Origin: the human T2T-CHM13v2.0 reference genome, Homo sapiens
Strand: one strand, 5' to 3'
NCBI RefSeq assembly: GCF_009914755.1
Contig: NC_060940.1
DNA length: 64,000 bases
Shown: positions 19,421-34,419 of the stretch, piece after piece
Layout of the letters: each line of letters starts with the position of its first letter
Position numbering within the stretch: the stretch's first letter is position 1
Made by a program: the position numbers and the translations under genes
The notes under the pieces: generated by a model
What the model was told of the DNA's origin: nothing
Database searches by the model: none
The model's input: the letters and a program-made list of their open reading frames with translations, nothing else

Positions 19421-20856
19421 TTCTTACAGCTTCATTTTATTTCATGGTACTGTACTTTATTTAACCTGATGGACACTTGGATGGTTTCTGTTTCCTTTTT
19501 TTTCTTTTTTTTGGCTAGGTAAAAAACCAATTTTGCATCAGATAACCTTGTGCACATATCATTTTACAAACATGCGAGTGTTTCTGTAGGGTTAATTCTT
19601 AGAAGTTGGATTGCTGAGTCTAGGAGTCCATATAATATATTTGGGATTTTAATGGATAGTATCCACATGACCTCTGCAGGAGTTATACCAATGAACACAA
19701 CCCTCTACAGGGAGAAACTGAAATGAGAGTGCCTAGGTCCTGAGAGCCTCACCACCAGTATATTTTTCCAACTTCAGAATTCTTTTTTCTATTCTCAGAA
19801 ATTAAAAATGGTATCTCCGTGTAATTTTAATTTGTGTTTCTCTTAAGGCTGAAGTCAAATTAGATGCTTAGTTTTATGTATGTATGTATGTATGTATGTA
19901 TGTATGTATGTATGTATATATGTATGTATGTATGTATGAATTTGTTTACTTATTTATTTTTGAGACAGTCTTGCTCTATCACCCAGGCTGGAGTGCGTTA
20001 GTGCAATCTCGGCTCACTGCTTCTGGTTTCAAGTGATTCTCGTGCCTCAGCCTCCTGAGTAGTTGGGATTATAGGCGTGTGCCACCACATCCAGCTAATT
20101 TTTTGTATTTTTAGTAGAGACAGGGTTTTTCTATGTTGGCCAGGCTGGTCTTGAACTCCTGGACTCCGCTGATTGGACCAGGCGTGGACACTTGATCCCA
20201 GCTAAGCCAAGTAGATCTATTCTCTTTAAAATCTGAATTGATGGCGAGCAGGTTTGGGAACCCTGGAGTGGTAAGATACTGTAGGATCTGGGTCAGAGTT
20301 GATGCTGTGGAACCCAAAGTCAAGGGCAACTCTGTTTTTTTTTAGGAGATGGGATCTCACTGTTGCCCAGTCTGTTCTCAAACTCCTAGCCTTGAGGGAT
20401 TCTCCTGCCTCGGCTTCCCAAAGTACTGGGATCACAGGCATGAACCACTGCACCCAGGCACTAAGTCAAGGGCAAGTCCAAGTTACGGAGGAGACGGACT
20501 GTGGGAGCCTTTTAGAGGACACTGACTTACAGAGAAAAAAGAGAAATACCCAGAAAGAGAGAAGCAGAGAGGGAGATGATCTGCACCCAAAGACAGACAG
20601 ACAGAGAGAGAGAGAACAAGAGAGAGCCAGAGTGCCAGGTAGCTGGTTAGCTGAACTTCTTGCTCTAGGTTTCCATGAAATTCCTCTGATCCTTATACTA
20701 AAATACGTTCTTTATAATGTATTTCATTTCCTTCAACAAATCCCCAGCATTTGGATGAGAAATATATAGAATGCATGCATATACATTGCTGGTGGAAGTG
20801 TAAAATCATATAAATACTTTGGAAAACAGTTGGGCATTATCTCTTCAAGTTGAATA

Positions 20857-20970
20857 TAGCCACCCTCCATATCTGTGGGTTCTGTATCTGTGGTTTCAAC
20901 CAACCTTGGATTGAAAATATTCGGGAGAAAAACTCATAAAAAATAACAATACAACAATAAAAAATAATAC
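20857..20970. mobile_element. MER2-family (Tigger) fragment
   Basis: ccctccatatctgtgggttctgtatctgtggtttcaaccaacc...aaaatattcggga. Confidence 0.7.
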
Positions 20971-22205
20971 CAAGAGGGCAGGCGTGGTGGCTCATACCTG
21001 TAATCCCAGCACTTTGGGAGGCCAAGGTGGGTGGATCACTTGAGGTCAGGAGTTCGAAACGAGCCTGGCCAACATGGTGAAACCCCGTCTCTACTAAAAA
21101 TACAAAAATTATCTGGGCATGGTGGCTAATGCTTGTAATTCCAGTTACTTGAGAGGCTGAGGCTGGAGAATCGCTTGAACCTGGGAGGGGAGGCCTCAGT
21201 AAGCCAAGATCATGCCACTACACTCAAGTGACAGAGCGAGACTCTGTCTTTAAAAAACAAACAAACAAGCAGTCAACATAAGAATGTGCTTTTTTTTTTT
21301 TTTTTTTTTTTTGACAGTCACCCTGTGACACTCACTCTGTCACCCAGGCTGGAGTGCAGTGATGTGAACATAGCTCACTGTAACCTTGAACTCCTGGGCT
21401 CAAGGACTCAAGCAATCCTTTCAGCTCAGCCTCCCTAGTCACTGGAACTACAGGTACACCACCATGCCTGGTCATTTTTAGATTTTTTTGTATAGATGGG
21501 GTCTCACTATGTTGCCTGGGCTGTTCTTGAACTCCTTGAACTTAAGGGATCTTCCTGCTTTGGCCTCCCAAAGTGCTGGGATTACAAGTGTGAGCCACCA
21601 TGCTTGGTCTAAAATATGCACTTCTAAGGAATACATATAAAATGAACTAAACATAAATAGGAAAGCAAGAGAATGATGAATATGGGATTCAGAACGATGG
21701 CTCCCTACTTGGGGAAACCATGTGGTTAGAGGTTGGCTACTGCTAAGTTCCTAGCTTTTGTTTTTAGTGAGTGGTTTTGCGGATGCTGAATACCTTATTA
21801 AAAACTGCTAACTAACAACATAAAGGCAGGCCATACACGAAACACTGATAAGAGTATGCCTTGAGCCAAGGGTATTCATTATCATGAATAATCCAATTCT
21901 ACGAACCTGATGTTCAAACAGAAAAAGAAATATAAAGGAGAGTGACTTTTAACAATCTTTAATAAATTTTATTACTGGTTAAAGGTACAAAAATGTTGAC
22001 ATGTGTTAACTCTTATATCCTCTTCTCCAATTTTATATTTTATGATGGTTACTACTAAAAAGCAATGCAGGCTGAGCGAAGTGGCTCACCCCTGTAATCC
22101 CAGCGCTTTGGGAGGCTAAGGTGGGCAGATCACTTAAGGTCAAGAGTTAGAGACCAGCCTGGCCAACATGGTGAAACCCCATCTCTACTGAAAATACAAA
22201 AACTA

Positions 22206-22487
<282 letters not shown>

Positions 22488-22661
22488 TCACAGGCATTTA
22501 TGTCATTTACTCCTGAACACATTCTTAGGTACCAGCTACTATTTTTCCCCTCCATTTACAATACCGTTAAGGAAACTAAAGTTCAGAGAGATTTAGTGAA
22601 TTGCCTTAGGCTACATGACATATGGGCCAACACCCCATTAATTACACTTTTTTTTTTTTGA

Positions 22662-22952
<291 letters not shown>

Positions 22953-23105
22953 TAATATAACAATTATGTGCAACATGCAAACGTCTTTTTTTTCTTTCTT
23001 TCTTTCTTTTGTTTTTGTGAGATGGAGTCTTGCTCTCTTGCCAGGCTGGAGTGCAGTGGTAGGAATCTCCACTTGCTGCAACCTCCACCTCCCAGGTTCA
23101 AGTGA

Positions 23106-23327
<222 letters not shown>

Positions 23328-23544
23328 TAGAATCAATACAACTCAATTTGTAATCCTATTCTGCCCTCCCCCACCAAAAAAAAAAAAAGATAAATTCCAT
23401 CCCTATCTCTGTAGAACAAAAATGTACCTGTCGTACCTGGGGTGATCCCTTATTGATATCAAAGGTTTTTAGGTGTCTTTTCAGTTTCCCTGTCAAGGCA
23501 CATTGGGAAATTCATGCCTGAATCTCTAGTAACATCTGTCTTGC

Positions 23545-23866
23545 CAGGAGTCAGCCAAGTGTGCCTGCCAAACCCTGCCTGCTGCCTGTTTTTGTGTGGT
23601 CTGTGGGCTAAGATAGTTTTTGCATTTTTTAATGATCAGAAAAAACCAAAAGGAGAATGGTATTTTGTGACATGTGAGAATTATATGAAATTCAGATTTC
23701 AGGGTCTGTAAATAAAGTTGTGTTGGAACTCTTATTCCTTTGTCTATTGTCTATGCTACTTTTGCCCTGCAGAGCAGAGCTGAGTAGATGTAATACAGAC
23801 CGTACAGCCTGCAAAATTAAAATATTTACTATCTGTCCCTTTGCAGAAAATGTTGGCTGATCCCTG
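23545..23866. mobile_element. MER58B (hAT-Charlie)
   Basis: Termini caggagtcagc...gctgatccctg; internal aaaatatttactatctgtccctttgcagaaaa. Confidence 0.8.
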
Positions 23867-24117
23867 TCTTATACTAACAAATTCACACATAGTAGCATAT
23901 CCATTGCAAAATAACTTCAAGTTTAATTTTTTTTTTTTTGCTGTTGTTGAGATAATTGCCATTTGTTTTGTGCCAGGTTTAGAGACATTGAGTACTTTTG
24001 GAGGAGATTCTTGGAGTGAACATTTTTTTCTTCCCAAAGAACTAACAAATGCCAGTTTGTGAAAACCATATAGTCACCATAACATTGTGGAATGTTGATA
24101 GTTGGTTTTGTTTCTAA

Positions 24118-24321
<204 letters not shown>

Positions 24322-25218
24322 TGAGGTCTTGCTATGTTACCCAGGCTGGCCTTGAATTCCTGGCCTCAAGCAATCCTCCCTCCTTGGCCTCCCAAAGTGC
24401 TGGGACTACAGGTGTGAGCCACCACACCAGGCTCATATCCCAGCTCTTAAGATGGTGCCTGGCATAGAGTAGGTGCTCAGTAAATCTTTGTTGAATAAAT
24501 GAATGACTGAATATATTTAGTGTCTACCTCCTCCATTGGACTCAGCTCTATGGGTCTGGGACTGTGTGTCTTTTGTTTACTGCTCTAATCTCAGCATCCA
24601 GCACATGTTTCTCAAATGAGTAAGTAGAAAGAACAGAGTTGAGGACCTGCCCTTTACGTCCACCAGAGGATGGCGACATAGTTGGTTTTTCTCCTTTCCA
24701 TCCTCTCACTCCTCCTCCCTTTCCCCATCCCTTTTGTTCTTCTCTTCCACTCCGCTTCTTTCCCCACCCTTTTTCTTTTCCTGCAGGGGATGACCTGGTT
24801 TTAGTTTTTAGTCTTGCTGCTAATTGCCGCTGTCTCTGAACCCTTTGACTCAGCCTCTGATTTAATTGGTCTGAGATTGGGTCCCCATATCTCGTATTTT
24901 TTAAACATACCAGGTGATTCTCATGTTGCACATTTTTCTTGCTCGTGATTGCTTTTTGCATGAGCATGTAAGGAAATCTCCGCAAATGAGGGAAAAGGGG
25001 AGGTCTTTTGGGAGAGACTTCTGGAAAAGATTCCTTTCTCATAGGAGGCATCCCTATATATTTTACTGTCTGTTTTTGTTTTTTTTTTTGATGGAGTCTT
25101 TCTCTGTGGCCAGGCTGGAGTGCAGTGGCGCGATGTCAGCTCACTGCAAACTCTGTCCCCCGGGTTCAAGTGTCCAAGTCTCCCGAGTAACTGGGATTAC
25201 AGGTGCCTGCCACCACGC

Positions 25219-25800
25219 TGTTCTGTGTGGGAAACGCACAAAGGGAAAAGAAAAGACACACACACTACCTTTAAGGGTAAACAACCTTTACCCCACGTGA
25301 ATGGCAATGGAGATATAATAAGCAAATGATATAATAAGCAAATTGATATAATAAGCAAATTGCAATGGGAAGGGGAGAAGGGAAAAGATATATAAATTTA
25401 CACTCAACAGACTATGGAGGATTCATCACTAGACCGGGAAGCAACAGCCTGGGCTCCAGAGTCGGCCACCCATCTGTGCACAGACGAGGAGAGGTCTCAC
25501 GAAGCTTCGGCGTGGTCTGGGACCCTAGCTCTTTTTGTAATGAGTTGTTTGGCATGAGGCCCAGTCACGACTGCCCTTCGCGACTGGACTCAAGGAACAC
25601 AGAAAGATCAACTTGTTTTTGCAATGGTCAGTTGTTTTTCAATAACTAACATACAGGAATAGATTAAAATAGAGATTTTCCTGAAACAGCGCTGGATGAA
25701 TGCATCAAGGGGCTCATACAACCTGTTCTGGGACTTGGTGACCATTGTTTGTGTCCACTTTCAATTGAGTTCAAATTTAATATTTAACTTTTCCTCCACA
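25219..25800 (-). mobile_element. LTR10-family solo LTR (LTR10C-like, HERV-I group) inserted in an Alu
   Basis: Minus strand starts TGTGGAGGAAAAGTTAAATATTAAATTTGAACTC and ends ...ACAGAACA; 582 bp; 5-bp TSD CACGC/CATGC; Alu halves at ~25075-25218 and 25801-25945. Confidence 0.8.
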
Positions 25801-26649
25801 CATGCCCGGCTAATTTTTGTATTTTTAGTAGAGATGGGATTTCGCCATGTTGGCCAGGCTGGTCTTGAACTCCTGACCTCAAGTGATCTGTGCGCCTCAG
25901 CCTCCCAAAGTGTTGGGATTACAGGCACGAGCCACTGTGCCCGGCCTCTTTTTATATTTTCTTGCATATGTATGAACAACTCTGGAAGATGCACAAAAAA
26001 AGAGGGGGCAGCAGTGGGTCCCATAGGAATCAGGATTGGTAAATAGGATGCAAAAAAGGAGACCTCACCTTCCCCACCACAAGGGTGAGTGTAAGACCCC
26101 AGCTGGCCCCTCGGTGATGGGTTTAGAAGTGAGCATGTGAGTTCCTTTTCTGGGACTGTTTGGATCCTGGGGGAGAGAGAGACACTTCTTACTCTCTGAG
26201 ATCCAAGGTACTAAGGACCAGTTCAGCCTGGAGATGTTGGGCACCATCTTTGTAGGCAGGTGGAGAGTCTGTCTGAAAATGAGAAAAGCACAGCCAATGG
26301 AGAAAGAAAGTGAGACAGCGACCTGATGGCATTGTTTGAACACCTGGATCTCGCTGTGCCTGAGGTACATTCCCCTAGAATTCCCTTTGGCTTGAGCTTA
26401 TCCATGCTCTCCTTTCCTTAATCTAGGTTGAGGTTGGTTTCTGCCTCTGGAACTCAAAAGTTTCCTAAGAACAACTGGCCATTGTGAAATGGTTGCACTT
26501 CTTTAGAAAGCCCTCAGGCTGCCCTGTGGAGAATAGACAGGGGAAGAGAGAGGGCAAGGGGAGGGAAGGGAAGAGGAGGGATAATGTTAGGAGGTGTTTT
26601 TTGTTGTTGTTGTTGTTGTTGTTGTTTGAGACAGAGTCTCGCCCTGTAG

Positions 26650-26823
<174 letters not shown>

Positions 26824-26970
26824 TGATCTCAAACTCCTGACCTTGTGATCCACCTGCCTCGGCCTCCCAAAGTGCTGGGATTACAGGTGTGAGCCACCGT
26901 GCCCAGCCGGCCTTGGAGGTGTTCTTAAACCCAGTTTAGATGTCTAATAGGCACCTCACCTGGAATGCAT

Positions 26971-27137
26971 CTGCTGTGGTCTGAATGTTCATGTTCCCTC
27001 AGCAAAACTCATATGTTGAAGCCTAATCCCAAATGTGATGTTATCAGGAGGTGGAGCTTTGGGGAGGTAATTAGGTTGTGAAGGTGGAGTGCTCATGAAT
27101 GAGACTTTCGCCCTTATAAAAAAGACCCGAGGGAGCT
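26971..27137 (+). mobile_element. MLT1A/MST-like LTR 5' fragment
   Basis: tgctgtggtctgaatgtt...aaactcatatgttgaagcctaatccc...gcccttataaaa. Confidence 0.65.
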
Positions 27138-27844
27138 GTTGGTTGTTTCCACTGTTGGCTGTTATGAATAATGGTCCTGTAAACATCCGTGTACAAGTTT
27201 TTGCATGACTATAAGTTTTTATTTCTTTCTATATACCTAGGAGGGAATGGCTGGGTCAGTCAGGTCATTCTTGCACTGTTCCTGTGACGACTCCTGCTGT
27301 CAAGCTCCCCCAAAACTGTCCTGGTTTATGCCTTTTGCAAACCTAATTCTCCAGTCTTCTTCGTAAAAAACCAGTTTGTTTTAGTTCAGGGATTCCTTTC
27401 CTTCCCAGATGGGCAAAATTCTGAAGATCTAGAAGAACAGTGACTTGGTACTACTGGGGTATGTTCAGTTTTTTTGTGTTGCCATCCTATTAGGCCTTGA
27501 GGCACTCTGGACAGTACACCCCACTGGGTTCTGATTTATACCAGTCTTGATGCAAAATTTAGCTTTCCTGGAGAGCTCTGAAGAGAAAACATGTCAGTCT
27601 TTTACTGAGTACAGCCCTACACAGAATGCAACTCTTGATGGAACCAACCCCACCACTGCCCAGTAGCACCCAGCTTGGCATTAGTGAGCAGAAGGGAGAT
27701 GGATGTTTTCAGTCCTCATTTGGAAAACCACATCATACACATGACCCCAGAAATTACCATGATTGTCCACATTTGAGCCATAAACTACAAGTTATGGATT
27801 TTGTATTGACTTTTATTACCAGACTCGTTTTCTTTACTGAGCTG

Positions 27845-29050
27845 AAAAACCACACACCTGACTCTCCTCCCGTCACTGGCCATTTTTTCTCAGGCTTCTT
27901 TGGCAGCTCCTTCTCCTGTTCCCAACTTTTTGATGTTAGAGGATCATCAGTACTCAATCCTAGGACTTCTCTTCTCTCTTCACTGACATCCCAGGTGATC
28001 TTGTCCAGTCCCATAGTTTTAATACCAACTATACAATGATAACCCCCACATGTATATAGCCTTGTCAATTCACAAAGAAGAGATGACAATTATAAACATA
28101 TGTGCACCAAACAACAAATCCCCCAAATCTATGAAGCAAATATTGGCAGAATTGAAGGGAGAAAGAGACAGCTCTACAATAATGGTTGGAGACTTCAATG
28201 CCCCACTTTCAAAATTGAATAGAACATCTAGACAAAATAATCAATAAGTAAATAGAGGACTTGAGCAACACTACAAACCTACTAGACCTAACAGACATAT
28301 ATAAAATACATAAAACAGGCTATCCAACAACAGCAGAACATACATTCTTCTCAGGTGCACATGGAACATTCTCCAGAATAATCCATATGTTAAACCACGA
28401 AATAAATCTCAATATATTTAAAAATACTGAGATCATACAATGTATCTTTTCTGCAATGGAATGAAATTAGAAATCAATAAAAGAAGGAAAAGTATAAAAT
28501 TCACAAATATGTAGACATTAAACAGCATACTCTTAAACAACCAGTGGATCAAAGAAGAAGTCATAAGGAAATTAGAAAATACTTTGAGACAAATGAAAAC
28601 AAAAACACAACATACAAACTATATAGCTCTTGCTCCAACTTCTCTCTTGAAGCTGATACACCCATATACAATAATCTACTTAATATCTTTATTGGAATGT
28701 GTAACAGGCAGCTCAAGGATTTTTTTTTTTAACTCTCCCCTTGAAATGTGCTTCTTCTGCTCTCTTCACCGTCTTAGCAAATGGCAACTTCCAGTTGTTT
28801 AGGACAAAAATCTTGGAGTCATCCTTGATTTCTTTCTTTCACAGCCTACATTCCATATATGAACAAATCTTGCAGGCTGTTCTTTCAAAATAGGATCCAT
28901 ATTTGACCCTTTCTCACCATTCCACTGCTGGCACTGTGGTCCAATCCACCATCATCTTTTACCTTAATTATCACAATAGTCTCCCAGCTTTCATCTTGCC
29001 CAGTGAAGTCTACATACAGCAGCCAGTGTGATTCTTGTGATGCTACTAAA
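27845..29050 (+). mobile_element. L2 LINE fragment (host of the L1 EN fragment)
   Basis: ccaggtgatcttgtccagtcccatagtttt... and aaaaatcttggagtcatccttga...ccaccatcatct are typical L2 ORF2-region sequence on both sides of the L1 piece. Confidence 0.75.
28061..28619 (+). mobile_element. Internal L1M ORF2 endonuclease-domain fragment
   Basis: Translations TIINICAPNN, TIMVGDFNAPLS, DLTDIY and HTFFSGAHGTFSRI are L1 EN motifs; frameshifted; no 3' UTR or poly(A). Confidence 0.88.
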
Positions 29051-29437
29051 ACAGAAATTGGAGCCAGGTACCATGACTCAAGCCCCAAATCCCAACACTT
29101 TGAAAGACTGGGGCAGGAGGATTAATTGAGACCAGGAATTCAAGATCAACTTGGGCAACATAACAAGACCCAATTTCTACAAAAAATAAAAAAATTAGCT
29201 GGGTGTGGTGGTGTGCACCTGTAGTCCTAGCTACCCAGGAGGCTGAGACAGGAGCATTGCTTCAGCCCAGGAGTTTGAGGCTGCAAGTGAGCTGAGAAGC
29301 TGCCACTGCACTCCTGCCTGAGTGATAGAGTGAAATCCCATCTCAAACACAATAACAACAGCAAAACAGAAATTGCATTATCACATCCTCCAAGGTAGGT
29401 GGATCACGAGGTCAGGAGATCAAGACCATCCTGGCTA

Positions 29438-29692
<255 letters not shown>

Positions 29693-29830
29693 CTAAGCTA
29701 GTAATAGTCCATTGTTTCAGTTTGTATTTTAGACTTTGTATGGTTAAGTGTCTTTTTATCCTTATTGACCATGCCTCTTTTACATCTTATCCCAATTATT
29801 TTTCCTATTGGATTGTCTTTTATCTTTTAC

Positions 29831-29900
29831 ATATACATATTTTTATGTATGTACATACGTATATACATATTTTTATGTATGTACATACGTATATACATAT
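29831..29900. repeat. 30-bp tandem repeat ATATACATATTTTTATGTATGTACATACGT x2.3
   Basis: Two exact copies (29831-29860, 29861-29890) plus a 10-bp partial copy. Confidence 0.9.
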
Positions 29901-29985
29901 GTGTGTATGTATATATATATGTAGCCATACGGAGGTTTAAGTTTCATGTAGTTCAAATTTGTCAAACTTTTAATTAATTAATTAA

Positions 29986-30316
<331 letters not shown>

Positions 30317-30515
30317 TAGAAGACCTTCTTCTGTTTAGTATTATAAGAACAGCTACCCAAGATTTTTTCTAGTATTACATGGTTTCATTTTGCATTGAAA
30401 TCTCTATTCGATCTGGAATTTATTATATTTTGGTATAAAAAGGTAAAGTACAGCCTTATTTTTTTCTCCCAAAAGACAGAGAGAGGACCCAAATGACATT
30501 TTTGAATGTCACTAA

Positions 30516-30941
<426 letters not shown>

Positions 30942-31474
30942 TAGTAGAGATGGGGTTTCATTATGTTGGCCAGGCTGGTCTTGAACTCCTGACCTCAAGT
31001 GATCTGCCCACCTCTACCTCCCAGAGGGCTGGGATTACAGGTGTGAGCCACTGTGCCTGGCCTGAGCCCCTATTTTCAATTCTTTTGGGTGTATACCTAG
31101 GAGCAGAATTGCTGGGTCACATGGTAATTTTGTTTAGTGTATTGAGAAACTTTCAAACTGTTTTCCACAGTAACTGAACCATTTTACTTTTCCATCAGCA
31201 ATGAATGAGGCTTCCAACTTTTTCATAGCCTCACTAAGACTTGTTTTTGTTTGTTTTAATTCCAGCCATCTTAGTGGGTATGAAGTGATATCTCATTGTG
31301 GTTGGTTTGTATTTCCCTGATGACGAATGATGTGGGGAATCTTTTCATGTACTTATTGGCTAAACATATATGTTTTTTTGGAGAAATGTCTATTCAAGTC
31401 CTTTGCCCGTTTAAAAAGTTGGGTCATTTATCTTTTTATTATTGAGTGCTAATTGTTCTGTATTTTCCTGACTA

Positions 31475-31849
<375 letters not shown>

Positions 31850-31953
31850 TTACATAGCTGAAAAGCAAAAACCAAATATTCCTCCTGACTCTAGTCTAAC
31901 AGATTCTGCAGATAAAATTTTCCCCAAAGCATCTTCCCGCTTAAATGACCTGA

Positions 31954-32238
<285 letters not shown>

Positions 32239-34419
32239 TAGCCAGGATAGTCTCAATCTCCTGACCTCATGGTCTGCCCGCCTCAGTCTCCCAAAGGGCT
32301 GGCATTATAGGTGTGAGCCACTGTGCCTGGTCCAGCCCTCTCTTAAAAGCTTGTGTATGATGTGTGCATGGGAGTTCCTAATTACTCTCCGGCCTAATTT
32401 ACTTTGGTGTAGCACTGACTCCAATATTAAGGCTGGAGAAGCCCTTTCCAAGATCAGCATCCCAAGCTGGCCTGCGGTGCTTATCACAGCTTCTTAGGGC
32501 TCTCATCTCCTCCTGGGTTCAGAACTGAACCCAAACTACATGCACAGCCTGACTCACAGCTGTGGGTTGCAGTGATTGCTGGGCTTCATTAGGGAGGAGT
32601 GTGGTTTCCCGCATGCTTAGTCTTTGGGGGGAGTCTGAAAGAGAATCAAGCATTCCTTATGCCAGTTGCTTAATCCTTGGGGGTATCTGAAAGAAGCAAG
32701 CACTTCTTAGATCAATATTTTCAAGACTTATCTGATGCAGGCCTCTGCCTGGGGCTGGAGGATAGACTGTTTCTTCAGCTTCTCTCTCTCCAGGGTGGAT
32801 ATGAACTTGAGCCCTTGCAATGAACTGCTTGCATGTTTTCCCCCCTGGGAAATTTGTGTATGTATGTGCAATTATGATGGGGGAAACGGTTTAAAGATAC
32901 TTTCAAAAGTGGACACTTCTAGTGTTTGTCCCTTGACAAATGAGTTTCTCGACCTGTTTTTTTTTCATTATCAACGCCTCCCCTAGTCTTTTTAATTTCC
33001 CCACCCTCACCCCTACCCCATGAAATTTTATTTTCTTTCTTTTTTTTTTTTTTGAGACCAAGTTTCGATCTTTTTGCCCAAGATGGCGTGCAATGGCGCG
33101 ATCTAGGCTCACCTCAATCTCCACCTCCCGGGTTCAAGCGATTCTCCTGCCTCAGCCTCCCGAGTAGCTGGAATTACAGGCATGCACCACCACGCCCAGC
33201 TAATTTTGTATTTTTAGTAGAGACTGGGTTTCTCCATGTTGGTCAGTCTGGTCTCAAACTCCTGACCTCAGGTGATCCGCCCGTCTCGACCTCCCAAAGT
33301 GCTGGGATTACAGGCATAAGCCACCGCGCCCGGCCTCTTTTCTTTTCAAGACAGGGTCTCACTCTGTCACCCAGGCTGGAGTGTAATGGCGTGATCATGG
33401 CTCCCTGCAGCCTCAACCTCCTGGGCTCAAGTGATCCTCCTGTCTCAGACTCCCAAGTAGCTGAGACTACAGGCATGTGCCACGACACCTGGTTAATTTT
33501 TTTTTTTTGTATTCTTTTGTAGAGATGGGGTCTCACTATGTTGCCTAGGCTGGTCTTGAGCTCCTGGGCTCAAGCAATCCTCCTGCCTCTACCTCCCAAA
33601 GTGCTGGGATTACAGGCATGAGCCTCCACGTCTGCCCTGAAATTTCAATATCACAGCTATACTGTATATCTATTTATGTGCTGTATGTATGCTGTGCTTT
33701 GTACATAAAAAATATGTTTTATTTTTTGCCCCGTTGGGGTGAGATAGAGACCGCACTGAGAATGCACGCTTTACATAATTAGTTCACAACTTGCCCCCGG
33801 CAGCCTCCACCACGTAAAATTAGAAGAAAGCAGCCCAGCAGGGCCTACAAGGAATGTGTGAACCGATGCACGTAAAGTGCTTAGCAAAGCGTGGTAAACA
33901 AGAGCCCTTGTTGTCATTCTTGCTTTAAGCCTAGTCCCAGTGATGTCTGTAACCCTCTCTTGGGCCAAGGAGTCCCATGGCTCTGGAGGGCTGTTCAGAG
34001 GACTAAGTCATTCCCAGTCTGGAGCTCTACGGGATCAGTAGGTACCTAAGGGAGTGAATTGGGCTTGGAGGGACTGTGGCCGGAAGACAGCTCTGGGCCT
34101 GGTGGTGATAGAACTTCTGATTTCTCAGGAAAAGCCAAGAATGTGGATTTTGGGTTAAATCTCCTGAATTTTAAGCATTGGCTCAATTAAACAACAATAA
34201 GGCAATGTGAACCGAACAAAAGGGATGAAACCAAGATTTACTGACTTTCCCAGAGTCACGGGCACGGCTGGGATTCCAACAAGGACTCCCAAACCAGTGC
34301 TCTTTCCACTTAACCTAACGCACACCCTTCATCTCGCCGCCCCTCCCCACTTCCCCGTCTTTGGGAGTTCTTCGATGCCTCTTCCCCCCTCCCCCCAGGA
34401 TTCCCTCCCCATAGGCCAC

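Noticed and set aside
27626-28089. 137-aa and 111-aa opposing ORFs
   Set aside because: They largely overlap decayed L2 sequence; no coding signature.
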